From positions 1 through 39,860 of the IMG/VR virus record IMGVR_UViG_3300028806_000002: DNA of 39,860 nucleotides; one strand, 5' to 3'. A program made the position numbers and the translations under genes. This stretch comes from a virus. Shown here in pieces: positions 6,882 through 14,423 of the stretch (position 1 is the first letter of the stretch; each line of letters opens with the position of its first letter). The notes under the pieces were generated by a model that saw nothing but the letters and a program-made list of their open reading frames with translations, did no database searches and was not told where the DNA came from.

Positions 6882-7187
6882 CTACACGCTACTACCGCAT
6901 TGTTTAACAAAGATCTTCTTGCCATGATCATCCAATTCGATCTCATAGGTATCCTTGAGGTCATTCTCAGAGTACTTTGCAATTTCCTTTAGCATTTCCA
7001 ATTCGCTCTTATCTGTGTAAAACTTTCTTGCTACGCGCTTGAGTTGAGTAAACTTGGACGCCACCTCTTTGTAGCATTCTGGCCATTTTTTGTCACTAAA
7101 GTAAATATTTTTCAATTTCATGCAAATCGGCGTACCAAGATTTTCTAATGCTTTTAAATATTCTCTGCCAGATTCATTCGCATCCAT
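6882..7187 (-). CDS. Hypothetical protein
   Basis: 101-aa track ORF with a GGAGAAAT SD upstream. Confidence 0.6.
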   Translation of the reverse strand: MDANESGREYLKALENLGTPICMKLKNIYFSDKKWPECYKEVASKFTQLKRVARKFYTDKSELEMLKEIAKYSENDLKDTYEIELDDHGKKIFVKQCGSSV

Positions 7188-7219
7188 ACGAATTTCTCCT
7201 TTTTCATACGTCTATTGGC

Positions 7220-7429
7220 TTATCTCCAAAAAAAATCGGAAACTTCATTTTCTGTAAGCTGTTTTTTATTGAACCTATTTAAAAATAGCTCATAATAAAA
7301 ACTTATTGAGTTTGATTTGTCCAATTTATGAGCTTTTTTAGCCCAATTCATAAGCAATAGTTGTGTGTGCTTAGATAACTTTTTTTCAGTCATGTAACTT
7401 GGTTTTAAAAAATTTTCTATTTTCATCAA
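7220..7429 (-). CDS. Hypothetical protein
   Basis: 69-aa track ORF with a 4-nt overlap with the upstream replication gene. Confidence 0.55.
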   Translation of the reverse strand: MMKIENFLKPSYMTEKKLSKHTQLLLMNWAKKAHKLDKSNSISFYYELFLNRFNKKQLTENEVSDFFWR

Positions 7430-8232
7430 TGATTTATCCCGTTTACGCGGTCGTAATCTGGGTTACCTGGTTCCCAGAATTTTATTGGGCACTTTTCAAG
7501 TTTTTCCTGTTTTTCAGGAGTTTTATTCATGTATGTATTGTTTTTTGGGAACTTTTCGTCCAATATCCATTTTGTTAATGCCTCCTGCCAATTAGCTTTC
7601 TTTGTTCCCCTAGCCCTTGCATCGTGAATAAACTTGCCTATCACAATGTCTGCATCAAGTTTCCTGTATTCAGCCAGTTCAACGTTTTTTTTGTTCGGCA
7701 TAAAATCATCTGGGAGAGCCGTGAGCGTGCTTTTCGCGAACTTGCTCTCTCCTTTATTTTTGTATTCTCTTTTATTTTTAAAATCTCTTTTATTACTAGT
7801 GTCGGTTTTTCCAGCTTCTGGATTATCCAGAATCTGGTTTTTCAGTATTCTGGACTTTTCACATCCAGAATACGGGTTTTCAGTAATCTGGTCTGTGGAT
7901 AACTTTTTGTTGATATTTTCTACGTCTAGACAATTCACTAATTGGGTTTCCCAATGAGTTATTTTCCCTTTTTCATCTCTGATGGATTGTATTTTTATTG
8001 CGCCAACTTCTTTCAAAATTGCTATTTTATTTTGAATATAATCTCGTCCTACTCCGAATCTTCTCTGTAGCTCAACTTGGCATATTTCCCAGTTTTCAGG
8101 TTTTGAAGATAAGTAACAGTAAATCCCCAATGCGCCAGCATCAGGTATTAAATCCATCATCTGGTTTATAATCGTGGTGAAAGAAAAACCAGTGTGTTTT
8201 AAAAAATTTGGAGTGTTTTTTATGATCGACAT
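7426..8232 (-). CDS. Putative replication initiation protein (winged-helix N-terminus, DnaT/DnaD-like C-terminus)
   Basis: The N-terminus GALGIYCYLSSKPENWEICQVELQRRFGVGRDYIQNKIAILKEVGAI is wHTH-like. The C-terminus LPDDFMPN...FIHDARARGTKKANWQEALTKWI fits the phage replication-protein motif. ATG 8232 has AAGGAA 8 nt upstream (track start 8238 is TTG). Confidence 0.5.
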   Translation of the reverse strand: MSIIKNTPNFLKHTGFSFTTIINQMMDLIPDAGALGIYCYLSSKPENWEICQVELQRRFGVGRDYIQNKIAILKEVGAIKIQSIRDEKGKITHWETQLVNCLDVENINKKLSTDQITENPYSGCEKSRILKNQILDNPEAGKTDTSNKRDFKNKREYKNKGESKFAKSTLTALPDDFMPNKKNVELAEYRKLDADIVIGKFIHDARARGTKKANWQEALTKWILDEKFPKNNTYMNKTPEKQEKLEKCPIKFWEPGNPDYDRVNGINH

Positions 8233-8257
8233 ATACAAAATTCCTTCTGTTGGGGGG

Positions 8258-8285
8258 TTGACCTATTCCGTGGGCAACGTATAAT
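8258..8285 (+). promoter_or_regulatory. Near-consensus sigma70 promoter
   Basis: TTGACC (8258-8263), 16-nt spacer, TATAAT (8280-8285). It points into the antisense of gene 8377..8553. Confidence 0.55.
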
Positions 8286-8328
8286 TGACGTTGCGTTCGC
8301 AGGGTAGGATTGCCCGAATTGTTAGAAG

Positions 8329-8352
8329 TCACCCAGCCGCCAAGCTGGGTGA
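8329..8352. other. Stable hairpin in the regulatory gap
   Basis: TCACCCAGC (6-nt loop) GCTGGGTGA, a 9-bp perfect stem with no U-tract on either strand. Confidence 0.45.
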
Positions 8353-8376
8353 TTGACCTTAAAACTATATCTTACT

Positions 8377-8553
8377 TTACTCTTTCTCAATTTCCCATTC
8401 ATGATTTTCATCCGGTACAAAAGTCATAGCGGTAGTTATTTGGCGGGGCACTTCAAATTTAGTCGTTTGCATTACTAACCAGCCACCTTTTATTTTTGCT
8501 CTCATTATTACGTGATCTTGAAAACAAAATATGTAGTCCCACTCGAATTTCAT
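8377..8553 (-). CDS. Small hypothetical protein (58 aa)
   Basis: Track ORF 8377..8592. ATG 8553 has AAGGAAAA 6 nt upstream. Translation starts MKFEWDYIFCFQDHVIMRAKIKGGWLVMQTT... Confidence 0.55.
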   Translation of the reverse strand: MKFEWDYIFCFQDHVIMRAKIKGGWLVMQTTKFEVPRQITTAMTFVPDENHEWEIEKE

Positions 8554-8563
8554 GTTGTTTTCC

Positions 8564-8592
8564 TTGAATATTAAAGTAATACAGCGTAACAT
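8564..8592 (+). promoter_or_regulatory. Candidate promoter for the RHH gene
   Basis: TTGAAT, 17-nt spacer, TAACAT, about 40 nt upstream of ATG 8633. Confidence 0.35.
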
Positions 8593-8632
8593 AATGATAT
8601 CGTATAAAACAAATAATAAAATGGAGTTAAAA

Positions 8633-8803
8633 ATGAAAGATTATATCATATACACTCTCAGGCTTGATGAGAAAATGCACGATGAAGTGAGCAATTTAGC
8701 ACATATGTTAAAGGTTCACATGGCAGATGTCATAAGAGAAGGAATAATTTTAAGATTGAATCAAGTAAAAAAACCTTTGACAAATAGTAATAGCGCGCTA
8801 TAA
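8633..8803 (+). CDS. Ribbon-helix-helix (CopG/Arc-like) regulator
   Basis: MKDYIIYTLRLDEKMHDEVSNLAHMLKVHMADVIREGIILRLNQ shows a beta-strand followed by two helices. GGAG lies 6 nt upstream of ATG 8633 (track ORF starts 8552). Confidence 0.6.
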   Translation: MKDYIIYTLRLDEKMHDEVSNLAHMLKVHMADVIREGIILRLNQVKKPLTNSNSAL

Positions 8804-8804
8804 T
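8777..8804 (+). promoter_or_regulatory. Consensus sigma70 promoter inside the 3' end of the RHH gene
   Basis: TTGACA (8777-8782), 16-nt spacer, TATAAT (8799-8804). Confidence 0.6.
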
Positions 8805-8837
8805 GATTCTGAAATGTTTAATAATAAGGATTTAAAA

Positions 8838-9044
8838 GTGAAAGAACAAAAAGAACAAAATAAAGTAACTTCTGCAATTTCTGCAAAATGCAGAACCGAG
8901 CTAGGTTTACTCTCGGAGTATATGAGTTTAACTTTGCAGGAAACGGTTAGGTATGTACTAGAAAAGAATGTTTCTGCACTTTATGTCAAAGCTGCACAAA
9001 AACATTTGAAAAGTATTGAGAGTAATACAAAAGAGGAAGAGTAA
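8838..9044 (+). CDS. Second RHH-like small regulator
   Basis: Track ORF 8814..9044. GTG 8838 has AAGGA 7 nt upstream. ATG 8814 would be almost leaderless relative to the 8799 -10 box. KVTSAISAKCRTELGLLSEYMSLTLQETVRYVLEKN is RHH-like. Confidence 0.55.
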   Translation: MKEQKEQNKVTSAISAKCRTELGLLSEYMSLTLQETVRYVLEKNVSALYVKAAQKHLKSIESNTKEEE

Positions 9045-9049
9045 ATAGG

Positions 9050-9081
9050 TGTGTGTGGATAGTAGAAGCTACCCACACACA
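9050..9081 (+). other. Intergenic hairpin followed by a TAACTAACAACTAAGG cassette
   Basis: TGTGTGTGG (14-nt loop) CCACACACA. Same hairpin-stops-SD arrangement as the early-operon elements. Confidence 0.45.
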
Positions 9082-9126
9082 TGTAACTAACAACTAAGGT
9101 ATCCATAACCCACTGTGAGGTAAATT

Positions 9127-9327
9127 ATGAACAAGGGCATTGTAAACACAAATGTTTCAGATTATCAACTGATTAGTATAGCAATAGATTTAGTAGGCAA
9201 GGTTTTTGGGTTGATGGACTGCAACCCAGAGTTAGCAAGTAATCCCCATGCTGCAAAAGCTATGGAACTTGCTAACAAATGGAATGATAAGTTTATACAG
9301 GTTTATTTAACCACGGAGGGTAAATAA
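9127..9327 (+). CDS. Hypothetical protein
   Basis: 66-aa track ORF with a GAGGTAAAT SD. Confidence 0.6.
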   Translation: MNKGIVNTNVSDYQLISIAIDLVGKVFGLMDCNPELASNPHAAKAMELANKWNDKFIQVYLTTEGK

Positions 9328-9328
9328 C

Positions 9329-9658
9329 ATGTCTAAAGAAATAACCGCAAAAGAACATTTCCGCAAAGAACTTATAAACGCTCATGCTAAAAGAGATCAA
9401 GACGGGTTCTATCTTTTTGTACACCAAATTCCTTTTGAAGAAATGAGAATATTCATATCGCACTTTCTGGAAACTTCAGATTATGTCGACGCAATGCATA
9501 GTGACAATCGTATGCGCGTTTACATAGATGAGTGTAGAGAGCAGATTCAGGAGTTTATTGATGCTGAAATGGAAAACAAAAACAGAATATACATGGATGA
9601 GCACGGATTAATTTGGCTTAGAACTAGTAACGGTGACTTAACTTGCGTGAGGAGATAA
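9329..9658 (+). CDS. Hypothetical protein
   Basis: 109-aa track ORF tightly packed with its neighbours. Confidence 0.65.
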   Translation: MSKEITAKEHFRKELINAHAKRDQDGFYLFVHQIPFEEMRIFISHFLETSDYVDAMHSDNRMRVYIDECREQIQEFIDAEMENKNRIYMDEHGLIWLRTSNGDLTCVRR

Positions 9659-9660
9659 AT

Positions 9661-10422
9661 ATGAGTTTAGCAATTAGAAATGATACAGAAAATGCAGCTT
9701 TGCTTGAGAAGGTTTTAACTACTAATGACTTAGCAGGATTAACTTCAATGGAAAAATGTCAACACTTAAAAAACATATGTGAAGTGGTAGGATTAAACCC
9801 TGTGACTAAGCCAATACAATTACTAAAATTTAATGGTAAAGAAATAGCTTATTTCACAAAAGATGCGACCGAACAATTGCGTAAAATAAACAAAATATCA
9901 CTGAAGATACGCGACACTAAAATACAGGAAGGAATTTACATAGTATTAGTTGATGCTATTGCGCCGGATGGTCGTGAAGATTCAGCAACGGGTGCAGTAT
10001 CAATAAAAGGTTTGATCGGTGATGCGCTTTGCAATGCAATACTTAAAGCTGAAACTAAAGCTAAACGCAGGGTAACACTTTCGATATGTGGACTTGGTTT
10101 TACTGATGAATCAGAAATTGAAACAATGCGAGGGGCTAGAAAGATAGAAGTATCTAATGAAGTTAAATTAATTGAATCGGATATGGATGAACTTGACTTC
10201 AAAGCAGATGAAAAAAGACTAGAAAAAGTATCTACTTTGGAAGAATTAGAAGAAGTCTACAAAGCCTCATATAAATTCTGGTCTGAAAAGAGAGACAGTG
10301 CAAGGCTAAAGAAAATTGTTGATATAAAAGATATCCGCAAGAAAGAATTGAAAGAAGTACCAATATTTACAGCAGTTGATGAAACTAAACAAGAATTGTT
10401 TGATGACATGATGAGGAAGTAA
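9661..10422 (+). CDS. Putative single-strand annealing recombinase (RecT/Erf-type SSAP)
   Basis: GLNPVTKPIQLLKFNGKEIAYFTKDATEQL and NAILKAETKAKRRVTLSICGLGFTDESE resemble SSAP motifs. It sits adjacent to a Gp157-like gene. GAGGAG lies upstream of ATG 9661. Confidence 0.5.
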   Translation: MSLAIRNDTENAALLEKVLTTNDLAGLTSMEKCQHLKNICEVVGLNPVTKPIQLLKFNGKEIAYFTKDATEQLRKINKISLKIRDTKIQEGIYIVLVDAIAPDGREDSATGAVSIKGLIGDALCNAILKAETKAKRRVTLSICGLGFTDESEIETMRGARKIEVSNEVKLIESDMDELDFKADEKRLEKVSTLEELEEVYKASYKFWSEKRDSARLKKIVDIKDIRKKELKEVPIFTAVDETKQELFDDMMRK

Positions 10423-10424
10423 CC

Positions 10425-10964
10425 ATGAACACATCTAAAAACTTAAGTCTTTGGAAATTAACTAACGAGCATCAAAAGTTGTTGTCGGAACTATACGACT
10501 ATGAAACGGGAGAGGTAAATGAAATAGTACAGGCTAAATTAGACTTGTTAGAGCCTGATATAAATAAAAAGTGTATCGCAGTTAGTGGATACATTCGTAA
10601 AATTGAGTCTGAACAAAGGGAGTTGGAATCACTTCTAATTGAAGTTGAAAGCAGGATGAAGGCATACGAAAAGGAACGGGAAAAATACCGGAACTATTTG
10701 CAAAGTAACATGGAAAAACAAGGGATAAATAAAATTGAATGTCCGTACTTTACTGTGCGTATAAAGAAAAATCCTTACTTTACGGATATCATTAACGAGG
10801 AATTAATACCTCATGAATTTATGAGGGAACGTGAGATAGTTCGAGTTGAAGTTAAACCTGATAAAAATGCTATAAAGGAAGAAGTATTGCGTACTGGGGA
10901 ACAAGTACCAGGTGCATATGTCTCACAGAAAAATAAGCTTGAGATAACCACTTCTAAAATATAG
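10425..10964 (+). CDS. Siphovirus Gp157-like protein
   Basis: 179 aa with a coiled-coil N-terminus and C-terminus IPHEFMRE...VKPDKNAIKEEVLRTGEQVPGAYV, typical of the Gp157 family found next to phage recombinases. Confidence 0.6.
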   Translation: MNTSKNLSLWKLTNEHQKLLSELYDYETGEVNEIVQAKLDLLEPDINKKCIAVSGYIRKIESEQRELESLLIEVESRMKAYEKEREKYRNYLQSNMEKQGINKIECPYFTVRIKKNPYFTDIINEELIPHEFMREREIVRVEVKPDKNAIKEEVLRTGEQVPGAYVSQKNKLEITTSKI

Positions 10965-11064
10965 TATACAAACGCATTCAGGCGAATGTAAGGGAGATGA
11001 TATTTTCATTTATCAATCGTGTGAAAGTAAAGTCTCCCAATAAATAATATTTTAAGGAAAAAAC

Positions 11065-11391
11065 ATGCTATACGACAAACCACTATTAAAAGAAATAAAG
11101 TGTGCAGAATGCAATGAGGCTTTCCATATACCAACTATCTTTGACTACTGCATAAATTGTAACGAAAAACATAAAACTAAATTGCTATCAAGTTTAGACT
11201 TTTCAAAAGTTAAAAATAGTTTTAAATGGCGTCAACGAAAAAAAAATGCTTACATGATTATAATATGCTTTTCAGTATATGGATTTATTTGGTATAAGTT
11301 TGGCATAGTAACAGAAGCTATTTCTTCAATAACTTTTATTATAGGAATTTTCGCAGATGATATACTTAAATTTCTATGCGATATATTTTGA
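11065..11391 (+). CDS. Zinc-ribbon plus 2-TM membrane protein
   Basis: CAECNE...CINCNEKH, then two hydrophobic helices. The C-terminal half is paralogous to the next gene. Confidence 0.6.
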   Translation: MLYDKPLLKEIKCAECNEAFHIPTIFDYCINCNEKHKTKLLSSLDFSKVKNSFKWRQRKKNAYMIIICFSVYGFIWYKFGIVTEAISSITFIIGIFADDILKFLCDIF

Positions 11392-11400
11392 GGTTTTAAA

Positions 11401-11631
11401 ATGGATAAAAAACTCTATGATAAATTTTTTGAAAACATGCCGGACAAATTTAAGAAGTCATGGAAGCGATACAAAGCAAAGAGGATATTTTTCACCATAT
11501 CAATTCTTTCTTTACTTCTTATTTTTATTTACATTATGTTTGGAAGCATTACTGAAAGTGTATCACTTGTAATGTTCATTGTCGGATTAGAATACAGACG
11601 TTTAATAGATTTTTTGTCAGGTAAATTTTAA
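11401..11631 (+). CDS. 2-TM membrane protein (paralog of the C-terminus of 11065..11391)
   Basis: GSITESVSLVMFIVGLEYRRLIDFLSGKF aligns with GIVTEAISSITFIIGIFADDILKFLCDIF. Confidence 0.6.
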   Translation: MDKKLYDKFFENMPDKFKKSWKRYKAKRIFFTISILSLLLIFIYIMFGSITESVSLVMFIVGLEYRRLIDFLSGKF

Positions 11632-11706
11632 AAAATAATAACACAAAACGCAACTTAAACTAAGGAATAAATAATTATAAAAAGGTAAACTTTAGGAAAA
11701 TTTTAC

Positions 11707-12126
11707 ATGAAATTACGAAACAAGTTAGCATCATCGTTAATAGCACTATCAACATTATCTGCAAATGTTTTCGCTGGCGATAGTCCATATGTTTTTGCTC
11801 GCGCATGGGTAAGTGATGCAAAAGGTATGGTAAATAGCCGCATCGATGTTAAAGCAAAACATCAGATGTTTATTTCAAACCCCAGTACAGACCATGCAAT
11901 GACGTACGAATGGATTTACGAACTTTGCACTACTCATAGATGTTATCATAAAATATTTAATAGAACATTGCAGCCAGGAGAAACTTACACGGAATTTAAT
12001 GAAACAAAAGATTCTGTATCATTTGATACCGAAGGCACTTTTGATCTTATAGCAAAAACTACAGTGAATGGCGAATATAAAGAGTTCGAACAACAAAGAG
12101 CTAAAATCCGCGTATACAAAGACTAG
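11707..12126 (+). CDS. Secreted protein with a Sec signal peptide (moron-like)
   Basis: MKLRNKLASSLIALSTLSANVFA|GD is a classic signal peptide. The gene is flanked by non-coding spacers and a downstream hairpin. Confidence 0.65.
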   Translation: MKLRNKLASSLIALSTLSANVFAGDSPYVFARAWVSDAKGMVNSRIDVKAKHQMFISNPSTDHAMTYEWIYELCTTHRCYHKIFNRTLQPGETYTEFNETKDSVSFDTEGTFDLIAKTTVNGEYKEFEQQRAKIRVYKD

Positions 12127-12141
12127 AAGTTAATTTAAACC

Positions 12142-12182
12142 TATCCAAGCCGCAGATGACTTTGATAATCGTGGCTTGGATA
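12142..12182 (+). other. Intergenic hairpin (10-bp stem, 21-nt loop)
   Basis: TATCCAAGCC...GGCTTGGATA directly upstream of the SD of gene 12196. No U-tract. Confidence 0.4.
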
Positions 12183-12195
12183 AAAGGAATGTGAA

Positions 12196-12516
12196 ATGAA
12201 AAATCTAGATGATGAAATTGTTGAAAAATGCATTAAAGTATCAGATAAAACAGCAGAAAGTATTTTGCGTGATATAGTAGAAGAAGGTTATTCTGATAGA
12301 ATAAAATTGGAAATGGCTTTATTTACAATATCAGTTTTATCTTCTAATATCGTAGGTTTTTTATGCTCAAGCATTACTAACATGAGTGTTGATCACGCTA
12401 TTTTAAAAATAAGCGATCAGTTTATAAAGTCATTCTCTCGTAACATGCATGACAATCGAGATATTATTTCAGAAGCTAAAGATAAAGCAGAAATGATTAG
12501 CAAAAAGGCGCATTGA
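12196..12516 (+). CDS. Hypothetical protein
   Basis: 106-aa track ORF with an AAGGAAT SD. Confidence 0.6.
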   Translation: MKNLDDEIVEKCIKVSDKTAESILRDIVEEGYSDRIKLEMALFTISVLSSNIVGFLCSSITNMSVDHAILKISDQFIKSFSRNMHDNRDIISEAKDKAEMISKKAH

Positions 12517-12517
12517 T

Positions 12518-12715
12518 ATGGATATGACTTTATCACACGGTATCGTTGATACAATGGTTAGGAATGAAATTCCAAAAGATGGTGAAACAATCGCAGGTGA
12601 CATTGAGATGGGTATAGTTCTAAAATTGTTTGATCGTGTAGACATTTATTTACGAAGTAAAGAATCTTGTCCGTTTGGTCGTGGTAAGTGGATATTTTTA
12701 GGGAGTGATTCATGA
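12518..12715 (+). CDS. Hypothetical protein
   Basis: 65-aa track ORF coupled to its neighbours (overlapping stop/start). Confidence 0.5.
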   Translation: MDMTLSHGIVDTMVRNEIPKDGETIAGDIEMGIVLKLFDRVDIYLRSKESCPFGRGKWIFLGSDS

Positions 12716-13062
12716 TATTTGAAGAAGCATTAAAGTTAATGAGAGAAGGTAAAAAAATAACCCATAAATACCTAAGCGATACAAATGAAAAAGACGTATA
12801 CCTTAAGGGATGTTATGTGGGATTCCCAGGAGAAACATATGAACAGAAAAAATCACGTGGCTTGTCTGTTGTAAAAATGAAAGGCGATAAAGAGCATGAA
12901 GATATGGGGTTAGGAAATTTAGATGATATGTTCATACCAGGAACACTTATCATTAAACAATGGCCTGAAAAGTGCAAACACGGGTTTTATCCTCAATTGA
13001 ATTTGCTGTTGATAATGTCTGATGAATGGGAAGTTTATGATGATAAAACAAACACTACTTAA
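12712..13062 (+). CDS. DUF2829-like protein (Tad2-type anti-Thoeris sponge family candidate)
   Basis: The N-terminus MIFEEALKLMREGKKITHK and C-terminus LLLIMSDEWEVYD fit the DUF2829 pattern (F.eAl.alkeGkki.r ... DW.i). The middle part is divergent. Confidence 0.5.
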   Translation: MIFEEALKLMREGKKITHKYLSDTNEKDVYLKGCYVGFPGETYEQKKSRGLSVVKMKGDKEHEDMGLGNLDDMFIPGTLIIKQWPEKCKHGFYPQLNLLLIMSDEWEVYDDKTNTT

Positions 13063-13072
13063 AGGAATAAAA

Positions 13073-13402
13073 ATGAGTAATCTTATATATTATAAGTTAG
13101 ACGATAATAAAAATGTTGTTCCCGTTACAGCGCAAGAAGCACATGATATTTTAATGAGTGGGGAAAAATCAATAGTTAAACAAGATTTAATTAATACATT
13201 CTTTGTGTCCACCGTATTTTTACCGATTAATCATAATTATAATCCACTCACTAATTATAATCCTCCGATTGTATTTGAGACTATGATTTACAATGAAACC
13301 GATGGTTATTGGCTTGATTACCAAGAGCGCTATTCAACATGGAAAGAAGCAGAAGAAGGTCACGAAAGGGCTGTACAGTGGGTAAAAGAAGGATGCAAAT
13401 GA
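13073..13402 (+). CDS. Hypothetical protein (conserved small phage protein pattern)
   Basis: Track ORF 13022..13402. ATG 13073 follows AAGGAATAAAA. Contains VSTVFLPINH...PPIVFETMIY...RYSTWKEAEEGHERAV. Confidence 0.6.
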   Translation: MSNLIYYKLDDNKNVVPVTAQEAHDILMSGEKSIVKQDLINTFFVSTVFLPINHNYNPLTNYNPPIVFETMIYNETDGYWLDYQERYSTWKEAEEGHERAVQWVKEGCK

Positions 13403-13722
13403 CTATGAATATGACTGATGAAAATGATGATTATTTTAGAGGATATACACAAGGTCATATTCAGGGTTATAACGAAGGATATATTCAGGCTAAAGATATA
13501 TATTTCCCTGATTGGATAAGTGTAAAAGATCAATTGCCATTATATAAAGAATGTATTTTAGTTCTTTATAATGAATATACAGTTGAAGCAATATATCGTG
13601 GAGAATATGAAGAAAATTTACATGTATTTAGAATCGAATTAATAATGGAAGATATAAAATGTAAAATCGGTGAACGTATCACACATTGGATGCGACTGCC
13701 TGAGATTCCAGACAAAATATAA
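13399..13722 (+). CDS. DUF551-like protein
   Basis: WISVKDQLPLYKECILV...ITHWMRLPEIP is the DUF551 signature. ATGA overlap with the upstream stop. Confidence 0.6.
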   Translation: MTMNMTDENDDYFRGYTQGHIQGYNEGYIQAKDIYFPDWISVKDQLPLYKECILVLYNEYTVEAIYRGEYEENLHVFRIELIMEDIKCKIGERITHWMRLPEIPDKI

Positions 13723-13734
13723 TAAGGACTAATA

Positions 13735-14016
13735 ATGAATGACCCTATAGAAAAAGATTTACTAGAGGAATTTACTCATAACATGCTCGAGTGTGTCAAA
13801 AATAATCTTGAGAATGGTAAAAATGTGGCTGATGTACTTTCAATAATATTGAGTGTAAACATTAGTTGCGCATTTAGAACAATGCTATTTATAACAAAAG
13901 ACATACCCAAAGCTCATAAAGAGGTTAAAAGATTCATTGATAATGTTTCAAGGTATATATCAGAGCAAGACATGGTTAAAAAAATTACAACCAATTATCC
14001 AGAAGAAATATCATAA
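13735..14016 (+). CDS. Hypothetical protein
   Basis: 93-aa track ORF, the last gene before the terminator. Confidence 0.6.
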   Translation: MNDPIEKDLLEEFTHNMLECVKNNLENGKNVADVLSIILSVNISCAFRTMLFITKDIPKAHKEVKRFIDNVSRYISEQDMVKKITTNYPEEIS

Positions 14017-14049
14017 ACTACGATTAAAAATTTACCCTACTTTATCATA

Positions 14050-14085
14050 CTATCGATAACAACCCTTATCGATAGTTCTTTTTTT
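14050..14085 (+). terminator. Rho-independent terminator of the middle (plus-strand) operon
   Basis: CTATCGATAA (6-nt loop) TTATCGATAG followed by TTCTTTTTTT. Confidence 0.75.
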
Positions 14086-14187
14086 ATATTTATAATTTAA
14101 TGAGTTTAAACAAATAACGTTATATAACGATAAACGTTAAACGAAACGATATAAAACCTGTTGAAAAGGTATGGGTCTATTCAACAT

Positions 14188-14235
14188 GCATTCGGGCATT
14201 CGGGCATTCGGGCATTCGGGCATTCGTGAATGCCG
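14188..14235. repeat. 8-bp tandem repeat GCATTCGG x4.9 ending in a palindrome
   Basis: Copies at 14188, 14196, 14204, 14212 and 14220. The last merges into GGCATTCGTGAATGCC (inverted repeat). Confidence 0.9.
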
Positions 14236-14236
14236 G

Positions 14237-14269
14237 ATATCTAGGACATATCTAGGACATATAGATGAC
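14237..14269. repeat. 11-bp tandem repeat ATATCTAGGAC x2 plus a degenerate third copy
   Basis: Copies at 14237-14247 and 14248-14258, then ATATAGATGAC. Confidence 0.85.
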
Positions 14270-14304
14270 GCTTTCATGACGCTCATGATGACGCTTATGA
14301 CGCT
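14265..14304. repeat. Four copies of ATGACGCT at 9-12-bp spacing
   Basis: Copies start at 14265, 14276, 14288 and 14297. Confidence 0.85.
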
Positions 14305-14307
14305 TTT

Positions 14308-14367
14308 GAACCCACTTAAACCCACTTAAACCCAGATAAACCCAGATAAACCCAGATAAACCCAGTT
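14308..14367. repeat. 10-bp tandem repeat (A/G)AACCCA(CTT/GAT) x6, helically phased
   Basis: GAACCCACTT, AAACCCACTT, AAACCCAGAT x3, AAACCCAGTT. The phased A-tracts suggest bent DNA. Confidence 0.9.
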
Positions 14368-14423
14368 AATATACAAGTAAATATGAGATATACTTGACAT
14401 TACTAAATAACGGAATATTTACT

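Noticed and set aside
14137-14325. Track ORF, 62 aa (-)
   Set aside because: The reading frame is made of the tandem repeats (RMPECPNARMPEC...). There is no RBS, and the region is intergenic.
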